This document shows, piece after piece, positions 57,487 through 64,000 of a stretch of DNA of 64,000 nucleotides (positions are counted from its first letter, which is position 1; each line of letters starts with the position of its first letter). The stretch spans positions 8,881 through 72,880 of IMG/VR virus record IMGVR_UViG_3300037247_001169; one strand, written 5' to 3'. The notes below the pieces were generated by a model, which saw only the letters and a program-made list of their open reading frames with translations, was not told the origin of the DNA and ran no database searches. The position numbers and the translations under genes were made by a program. Source of the DNA: a virus.

Positions 57487-58337
57487 CGGTCGGCTCCAGG
57501 GCGGCCTTAATCCGGTCCAAGCTCTCGCGCGTCACGACACATACGCTGCCTGCCGTGTTGGTGTAATCGATAGTCGTGAGGATGCTCAAGCACGGCTCCC
57601 GCAGCTTGTCCCCTTCGGCCTGGCACACAGCAAGTTTCCTTGCGAGCTGGCCAGCGTGGGCCGCATGTTTGGTCGCCGTGTGTTCGTATTCCGCCAGTTC
57701 CGTCCGTAGATGCCGGATGCACGCCTGCGGGTCGTTCGCGTCCTGTGTCGGAGCGAGCGTGTCATTCATGGGGTGGGCTCCGTGGCTGGCGGGGGTTCCA
57801 TGTGCCATTCGCGCCGCAGACATTCGGCAAAATTTTTGAGGGCTTGCCGCTGAGCGGCGTAATTATCAGCGAGATAACGCTGCTGAATGCGCAGTTCTAA
57901 GAGTTCAAACACCTGCCGCTCTATATCCTCCGTTCCCCGTTTGTACTCGCTCGGCCCGCTCGGCGTCTCGTTTGGGGCGTCGATGGCGGCTTTGAGTTCT
58001 CCAAGCGAGGCCTTATCCCACTGGCGGTTCGCCCACAGCACGTCAATTTCCGCCTTGCACCGCTCCCGCTCGGCCTGCACCGCAGCGCGGGCGGGGTCGG
58101 GCTTCAGGTCAAACCAGACCGTATAACCGATCTCGGTCGAAACCCTGGCTTTCCAGCGACCGTGCGTCCCGTCCGGCACAATTGACATGTCCAGGGCGAT
58201 TGAAACGTCATCGTAAGTGAGCCGCACCGTCCTCGCCGTGGGGCCGATTGGGATTTCGAGTTCAGGCATTCTGGGGCTCCTGTGGGTTTGAGGGGTCCAA
58301 CCGCCCAACCCGGGCCGTGCGGCTCGCTGTACGTGAG

Positions 58338-58544
58338 TTATGGGCTCGCAAGGGCATCCTGTGGCGGCTCCGGGGTTGGAGGTGGATTATTCGCCGCTCG
58401 AACTCGACCGCCCGCCTCTTCGCTCCGTATCCAGCCATCGATCGCCCACCGAGCGGCCTCGCTAACGGTTTTGGCCCAGGGCGCTACGCCACGAAGCCGA
58501 GCTACGAGTTCGTTCGGAAGATTGATTCCTGTTTCATCCGCCAT
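58338..58544 (-). CDS. RHH-like regulator, copy 2
   Basis: GINLPNELVARL...SEAARWAIDGWI; AAAGGAG RBS; promoter TTGACA-16-TATCCT at 58596-58569. Confidence 0.6.
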   Translation of the reverse strand: MADETGINLPNELVARLRGVAPWAKTVSEAARWAIDGWIRSEEAGGRVRAANNPPPTPEPPQDALASP

Positions 58545-58648
58545 GTTCGGCGTCTCCTTTCACCTTGAAGGATACGACATATTCCGGGATTGTCAAGGAT
58601 TCGGCAAGATTTCTTGACAATGGCCGCCAGATGTGCGATAATGGGGCG

Positions 58649-59683
58649 ATGGATGAGTCCGGCGTGGTCACGTTCAATGGCCGTTGCCGCGATTGCGGAA
58701 CGGAATTCAGCTATAGCAGGCAACGGCCAGCCACAGGGCGGCGGCGGCTTTGGTGTGAATCCTGCCGCGATTCTCGCTCGGTACGCGTCGAGGCGTCTGG
58801 CCAATGTACGGAATGCGGAAGATGGTTCACGTATCGACGCCAGGCGGGCCAGGGCCACGTTCGCCATCGATGCGACTTTTGCCGCCTAGGCCCATCTGTG
58901 TGTATCGATTGCGGGCATGATTTTACCTACCGCAAAGGTACCAGTGTTCCATCTCGCCGCCTTTGTAGGCCGTGCCAAACCAAGCGGGATCGAAAATGCG
59001 AAGTGGAATCGCGCCGAAGGAGGAAACGAATCAGGCGGGCGCTCGGGCTATGTCATGGATGCGGGACGAAGATCGCAAAAAGCGAAAAGATCTGCGATAC
59101 GTGCGGCCAGAGGACGCGTGACGCTGCCGCCAGACAGAGACGATTGCATTCCAGCAGACTGGCGCCGAGAGCCTGTGAGCAGTGCGGGTGTGGGCTCCCG
59201 CGGGGCGGATGTCAGCCGTGCGTGGGTTGCCGATTCTGGAAACGTATCCGGAAGCTCGGGCCGGATGACTGCTGGGAATGGACAGGGCCGACTCCCGGAC
59301 CTGGGTATGGCAAAATAAGCGTTACGCCTGAAGGCGGCGTGAGCGAACAGTGGTATACACACCGTTATGCCTGGCTGCTCAAACACGGCCCGCCGGCTCT
59401 CGGCCTTTTCGTGTTGCACAAATGCGACAACAAGCTATGTTGCAATCCCGCGCATCTCTACCTTGGCACGCAGGTTGACAATGTCCGGGACCGTGACACG
59501 CGAGGCCGAACCGCGCATGGCGAACGCTCAGGCACAGCCAAGCTCAATTGCCAGGCTGTACGGGTGATACGGTGGGCTTGGGGCCGAGGCGTGAAACAAG
59601 CCCGGCTCGCAGCCTTGTACCATGTCGATCCGTGCCAAATATGGATGATCGTTCACCGGCGCTCATGGAAGCACGTCCCGTGA
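58649..59683 (+). CDS. HNH homing-type endonuclease with multiple N-terminal CxxC zinc-finger repeats
   Basis: FW-RI...CWEWTG...GYG...HR-AW...VLHKCDN-LCCNPAHL-LGT--DN--D...GE..G-AKL; TTGACA-17-GATAAT lies 6 nt before ATG 58649. Confidence 0.88.
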   Translation: MDESGVVTFNGRCRDCGTEFSYSRQRPATGRRRLWCESCRDSRSVRVEASGQCTECGRWFTYRRQAGQGHVRHRCDFCRLGPSVCIDCGHDFTYRKGTSVPSRRLCRPCQTKRDRKCEVESRRRRKRIRRALGLCHGCGTKIAKSEKICDTCGQRTRDAAARQRRLHSSRLAPRACEQCGCGLPRGGCQPCVGCRFWKRIRKLGPDDCWEWTGPTPGPGYGKISVTPEGGVSEQWYTHRYAWLLKHGPPALGLFVLHKCDNKLCCNPAHLYLGTQVDNVRDRDTRGRTAHGERSGTAKLNCQAVRVIRWAWGRGVKQARLAALYHVDPCQIWMIVHRRSWKHVP

Positions 59684-59829
59684 TGTCAGCGATAGAACGC
59701 TACCAGCGATATGCCGCGTAAGCGGGCCCTAGGCAGCTGCGCCCCGTCCCACTTCCGCCCACTAAAATATCCCACATTTATTCGGCATTCCACTTGACAG
59801 GACCGGGTTAATGGCGTACTATTAAGGTG

Positions 59830-60102
59830 ATGAGTACGACAAAGGACAACCAAAACGGGAGCAAGACGATGAACGGAACCAAGAAACTCGCAGAAATGAC
59901 CCGCGACCAGGCGTGCGACATCGCAAGCGTGCGATTCCACAAGTCCTGCCCTGGCAGTCAAACCGGCCGGAGAATCCAGCTCCAGGACGGGCGCCGGGCT
60001 ACGGTGATAGAGTCCTATTGCTGTGTGGCAGGCCGGTACAGCGGCCACGTGCATCTGGATGGCACGCCAGCCGACGAGTTGGTTGTCGCAAATTGGGTAT
60101 GA
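59830..60102 (+). CDS. Hypothetical protein
   Basis: First ORF after cassette promoter. Confidence 0.5.
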   Translation: MSTTKDNQNGSKTMNGTKKLAEMTRDQACDIASVRFHKSCPGSQTGRRIQLQDGRRATVIESYCCVAGRYSGHVHLDGTPADELVVANWV

Positions 60103-60152
60103 CGCTTACCCCAACCCGCCACCGGCCTTCCGGGGGCTTGAGGAGCAAGAGG

Positions 60153-60419
60153 ATGAAAATTCAGCGAATCGATGACGGCCGCTTCGAGGTCCAGTCCGAT
60201 AGCGGCGCAACCTACCACATCACCTATGCCGGATCCGGTGATGGAGATCCTGAGTATATCGCGCTTTGGGAGTGCTCGTGTCCGGCTGGCCAGCACGGCC
60301 GGGACTGCAAGCACTTGAAGCATTTTCTCGAGTCTAGGCTCACGGAAACCGAGGACGGCGCCGATGGCGACGCCGTAGAAATCACGGGCGGCCAGTATCA
60401 CTGGTTGCCAGCCGACTAA
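60153..60419 (+). CDS. SWIM zinc-finger protein
   Basis: F-V-S-SG-TY...WECSCPAG----DCKH. Confidence 0.75.
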   Translation: MKIQRIDDGRFEVQSDSGATYHITYAGSGDGDPEYIALWECSCPAGQHGRDCKHLKHFLESRLTETEDGADGDAVEITGGQYHWLPAD

Positions 60420-60461
60420 CCTGAAACGGTCTCCGGCCTTCCGGGGGCATGGCGGCGAGCG

Positions 60462-60683
60462 ATGACAGAAACCCGAAACAATTACAAATGGAAAGTTCGG
60501 CAGGAACTCGTGAGGCACTTACGATACACGATGCCCACCCGCCCGGTCGATGACGATCGCCTCGTGGAACGCCTGACCGATCTAAGCCGCTCTGGTTCAT
60601 GGCTGGCCAGCGAAGCTAGGGCGGCAATACACGAAACAACGGACGCACAGTGGCGCCGACTACGAAAGGATGTTGACCGATGA
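60462..60683 (+). CDS. Hypothetical protein
   Basis: Follows repeated CCGGCCTTCCGGGGGC linker. Confidence 0.5.
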   Translation: MTETRNNYKWKVRQELVRHLRYTMPTRPVDDDRLVERLTDLSRSGSWLASEARAAIHETTDAQWRRLRKDVDR

Positions 60684-60904
60684 AGGTTACGATAACGAAC
60701 GATGATGGCACCGTAGTCGATACGCACGAGGCACCCGGATGGGTTGCTACGCGGGCGCAAGCGAGTGCGGCCATCGACACGATGCTGTCGGAGTCATTCC
60801 GCTTCACGCAGTGCGACACGTGCTCACGGTGGTTTACCGGCGATGGGATCGCCATCGCCGATGACGTAGACGACGCCGCGTTGTGCAATGAGTGCAATCG
60901 ATAG
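60680..60904 (+). CDS. Small acidic CxxC protein
   Basis: ATGA overlap; CDTC...CNEC. Confidence 0.55.
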   Translation: MKVTITNDDGTVVDTHEAPGWVATRAQASAAIDTMLSESFRFTQCDTCSRWFTGDGIAIADDVDDAALCNECNR

Positions 60905-61213
60905 CATCTGCCCGCCTGGCGATGGGCACTGACGAGGGAGCCAACAGGAGAAATGACGAGATGACTGACGAACAAGAACGAATGGCCCGCGAGATCAGGA
61001 TCGCAACTGAGTTAGCGCGGGATCTGAGAACGGCCCTACTGCTGGCCGCAGGCGTCTGGGTATTTTTCGTGGCAATAGCCGCAGCGATCCTGGCACTCCT
61101 GGCCAACATGAGGAGCGCCCCGTGATCCGCCACGACCTAAAACACCTAGCCGTCTCGGCCCTGGCGTATGGTTGCGTCCTGGCCGCGGCGGCGCTGATTG
61201 GAGGAGTGATGTG

Positions 61214-61402
61214 ATGGAGACATTAAACGGTGAGCTCGCCCAGTACGAGATTCGCCATGCCGATGGTTCCGAAATCGACGACGAATTCGGGCGTGATGGA
61301 CAATTGTGCGCGACCTACGAGGAGGCAGAGAAACTAGCGCGATTACATCGTGAGGCCGGCAGCGACGTGCAGATTGTCGAACTGGACGACGATTCAGAGT
61401 AA
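61214..61402 (+). CDS. Small highly acidic protein
   Basis: GGAGGAG RBS; D/E-rich. Confidence 0.6.
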   Translation: METLNGELAQYEIRHADGSEIDDEFGRDGQLCATYEEAEKLARLHREAGSDVQIVELDDDSE

Positions 61403-61439
61403 CCCGCCCCGCAACGGCGGCGATTTACGGAGGACTGAT

Positions 61440-61694
61440 GTGAGACGGAACCAACGCTACTACATGGCCAACGGATACCACGAAACCGAAACCTATGTGG
61501 TCGTCAGGCGCGGTCGAGTGTCAACCGCCGTCATGATTGCAGCGGACAAGCGGCTGTGCAAACAGGGCGATTGCAAGTGCAGCATGAGCGAGGCGAGCAG
61601 CCCCAACGAGGGCCAACGCCACGGGATACAGGGCGAGCCGGAACTATGCCTCGTGAATGACGGAGGCGGATACTGGCGATTGGAACGGCGTTAG
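61440..61694 (+). CDS. Conserved cassette protein (homolog of 34311..34565)
   Basis: GTG start after the shared 20-bp linker. Confidence 0.75.
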   Translation: MRRNQRYYMANGYHETETYVVVRRGRVSTAVMIAADKRLCKQGDCKCSMSEASSPNEGQRHGIQGEPELCLVNDGGGYWRLERR

Positions 61695-61727
61695 AACCAG
61701 CCGCAGTGCGGCAAGGAGACGAGACGA

Positions 61728-62113
61728 TGAAGGTTATCGTAGGCAAAGGCCACGCAAACGAAGAAGGCCAACGGTGGTTTGCCGTCGTCCCGGACGATGC
61801 GACCAGTTCGCAGGACCCGCGGCGGACCCACGTGCTAGCCCCCGAGTGTTTGGACCAAGACCAGCAGGGAATGTGGATCGAAGGTTACGCGAACGCGGTT
61901 AAGAGATTCGCTGCTTTCGATGATCTGCTGGCAGCGTGCAAGGCGATCAGGAACGATGGCGCCCTCACGGAGATATGGACACGGCCAATTTCGCCCGACA
62001 ATCTTCCGGCATGCGTGGAACTGATTCGGGCATACTTGAAGCGGCTGACGGAGAAAGCCGAAGCCGCCATCGCGAAGGCCGAAGGAGGTACAAATGCCCC
62101 GACCCCGAGTTGA
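61728..62113 (+). CDS. Hypothetical protein with DLLAACK...AAIAKAEGG module
   Basis: AAGGAG RBS in linker type B. Confidence 0.6.
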
Positions 62114-62258
62114 CCCCGAGAAGCAGCTCAGCGAGAAGGTGAATGTCAAGTTGACGCCACCCCAGCTCGAAGCACTACACCGCGCCCGCAACGGTCGCCC
62201 CGTGAGCGAGTGGATACGCGAGAAGATCCTACCGCTCCTGCGCGCGTGGCTCAGGTAG
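62094..62258 (+). CDS. RHH-like DNA-binding protein ending cassette 2 (54 aa, not in ORF track)
   Basis: MPRPRVDPEKQLSEKVNVKLTPPQLEALHRARNGRPVSEWIREKIL; AGGAGG RBS. Confidence 0.65.
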   Translation: MPRPRVDPEKQLSEKVNVKLTPPQLEALHRARNGRPVSEWIREKILPLLRAWLR

Positions 62259-62278
62259 CCGCGGCGGCCTTGCCCTGG

Positions 62279-62554
62279 TTACACGCCGTCTCCGCCGTGT
62301 TTAGTGGCCTGTCGATGCACCAAATTCCAATCCTGCGCAACCCTCTTGGCCAGCAGCTCGAGGCGCCCCATCGCATCGGTTGGCGGACCGGCCGGGTTAT
62401 CCCCGCGTGAGTGCAACTCGGTCACGACGGTCGTAACAGATGCGTCAGGGAGTTGGTCGCGCAGATTGCCGTCTCCGTCATAGAACGGGATGACCGTCTC
62501 GATGGACTGCTCACCCGGCACGGCAACGGCTTTGAGGTAAAACTGAGTACCCAT
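62279..62554 (-). CDS. Tail-fibre-associated small protein, copy 2
   Basis: Homolog of 4254..4529. Confidence 0.7.
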   Translation of the reverse strand: MGTQFYLKAVAVPGEQSIETVIPFYDGDGNLRDQLPDASVTTVVTELHSRGDNPAGPPTDAMGRLELLAKRVAQDWNLVHRQATKHGGDGV

Positions 62555-62563
62555 GATCTCTCC

Positions 62564-64000
62564 CTAATGCGCCGCGAGCCCAACGCCCGCCGTCGCGCCG
62601 ACTATTGCTCGGAGTTCCGCTACCTCTATTTGCAATCGCTTGACGACAGCCAATAGTGTGTTGCCTTCGTCCTTCGTTGCAAACCCGAAATTTGCGCCCG
62701 CGCTGGAATCTACCAGATCCTGTAGTGCGTAGTCCGGCGTGCCCGGCGCCGTGTGTGTGATGTTCGTGAGGCCCACCGTCATCGCCGCCGCTTGTGCGAC
62801 AGCCGTACCGCCGTAGAACGAGAGCTTGCTTGCGCTTTCTATGCGGATTAACGTGTTGCTAGAACTGTCCCTGATCTGGAGCCGGCCCAATGTTGCGTAT
62901 TCCACGTTCCCTCGAGCCGTCCCGCTAGGCCCCCACTCGCAAAGCGAAGCGTTGACCGCCATCGCATTGATAGCATTGGCCTTGACGATGAACGAATCCC
63001 CGGACGGCAGGTGGACAATCATTCCGGCTGCGGCGTCGTGCTTGATGTAGTTATCGGTGCCCAACGTGATTTGCGAGCCGGGCGCTGACAGCACCACGTC
63101 ACCGGCTGTTACCACCAAATCGCCGGCTTCGACCGTAACATCGAGGTTGCTCTCGATTGTCAGTGCCAGATCATTCGTCCCGGCGAAGTACTGCATGTCA
63201 CAAGCCGTCGCGCTCCTCATTGTAGACTTCCATTGCCCTACCAAGGCGTAGGCGCCGCCTTGGTAGGAGTAAAGTGAAAAGCCGAACAGCTTGATGCCGC
63301 TTGCCACGTTGGCCGGCCCCGCTTTGGCTCGCCGATAGGAATGGAAAATCGAGTTGCCCGCCGTATCGCTTTCTACCGTAAGGTACAGTCCCGCGCTGCC
63401 GCCTTCGTTGTAGATGTATGCATTCTTGTTCGTCGCGCCCGGCGAGACGGTGGCGTTGATGCACAAGTTGTCGTTCACGTCGAACTGGGCAATCTGCGAG
63501 CCGCCGTGCTCGAAGAGAAGTGCGCCGGACTGTGCGTTGATCGCGTTGCCTTGCGTGTCGAGCACGCCGCCGAGCTGGGGCGACGTATCCGCGACGATGT
63601 TCGCTAGGTAGCTCCCCGTGTCCGGCGTCAGGTCGATGTCCTGATCGGCCATCGTGATCGTGCGGGTGTTGCCCGTCGTTATCGCCGATAGCTGAAAATC
63701 CAATTCTTTTGTACTGTCACTCTCGTCGAATAAATGGAAAGCGTTGTCGGCGAAATGCGTCGTCACACCGCCGACGCCCCCGGTCGCGGACTGCGGGTTA
63801 GTTCCACGGAGATCAACGGTAGACACGTGGGCCCAGGTGCCGCCGATCTTGCTCATGGTTACGCGAGCTATGAGAAACCCAGTTGCGGACTCAACATCAT
63901 ACTCACTGGGCAGCCCGAAAACATCGTAGCCGTCCACATCCGTTTCAGCGGATTGTTGTTTATTATAGCTACCGGTCGGCAGATTCATTATCAAGGGCGA
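62564..64000 (-). CDS. Tail fibre, copy 2 (5' part outside window)
   Basis: Blocks homologous to 4538..7192 with a swapped internal segment and different C-terminus. Confidence 0.75.
   Translation of the reverse strand, partial: SPLIMNLPTGSYNKQQSAETDVDGYDVFGLPSEYDVESATGFLIARVTMSKIGGTWAHVSTVDLRGTNPQSATGGVGGVTTHFADNAFHLFDESDSTKELDFQLSAITTGNTRTITMADQDIDLTPDTGSYLANIVADTSPQLGGVLDTQGNAINAQSGALLFEHGGSQIAQFDVNDNLCINATVSPGATNKNAYIYNEGGSAGLYLTVESDTAGNSIFHSYRRAKAGPANVASGIKLFGFSLYSYQGGAYALVGQWKSTMRSATACDMQYFAGTNDLALTIESNLDVTVEAGDLVVTAGDVVLSAPGSQITLGTDNYIKHDAAAGMIVHLPSGDSFIVKANAINAMAVNASLCEWGPSGTARGNVEYATLGRLQIRDSSSNTLIRIESASKLSFYGGTAVAQAAAMTVGLTNITHTAPGTPDYALQDLVDSSAGANFGFATKDEGNTLLAVVKRLQIEVAELRAIVGATAGVGLAAH

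Larger units (their letters stand above)
59771..62258 (+). mobile_element. Plus-strand small-ORF cassette 2
   Basis: Promoter TTGACA-17-TACTAT (59794-59822); ~9 small ORFs; shared linkers and ORF with cassette 1; absent from the equivalent site (4016-4254) of copy 1. Confidence 0.6.
54003..64000. repeat. Diverged second copy of window region 1..~6150 with insertions
   Basis: 54003 aligns with position 1; 58272 with ~3623; 59708 with 3987; 62279 with 4254; 63000-64000 with ~4860-6130. Confidence 0.95.

Noticed and set aside
54003-64000. Simple terminal redundancy or circular overlap
   Set aside because: Copies are diverged and carry different genes.

Overview
The window is entirely high-GC tailed-phage DNA with a podovirus-like gene order and no host genes, integrase or DNA polymerase that I could recognise. 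One apparently complete ~54-58 kb genome unit runs mostly on the minus strand. In transcription order it carries RHH repressor, exonuclease, RecT-like recombinase, RusA, two DNA methylases, a tRNA-like gene, replication initiator, many small ORFs, terminase, portal, scaffold, capsid, tail and ejection proteins, and tail fibre. From ~54,003 the same genes (recT, exonuclease, RHH, tail fibre) reappear as a diverged, mosaic second copy. The standout element is at 36.16-38.35 kb: an IS110/Nop-domain protein with no visible nuclease domain, flanked on both sides by arrays of 36-nt units (9-nt repeat, 9-nt spacer, second 9-nt repeat, 9-nt spacer; ~30 units). This is a TIGR-Tas-like (TasA-type) RNA-guided system. 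Also notable are two related plus-strand cassettes of small ORFs at different genome positions, each with a promoter, shared hairpin+RBS linkers and a terminal RHH-like gene. Further oddities are two look-alike attenuator leaders behind TAGGCT promoters, a GGA-anticodon tRNA lacking the serine long variable arm, and a tandem palindromic operator over the packaging-operon promoter. All product calls come from reading motifs and gene order by eye; no database search was run.
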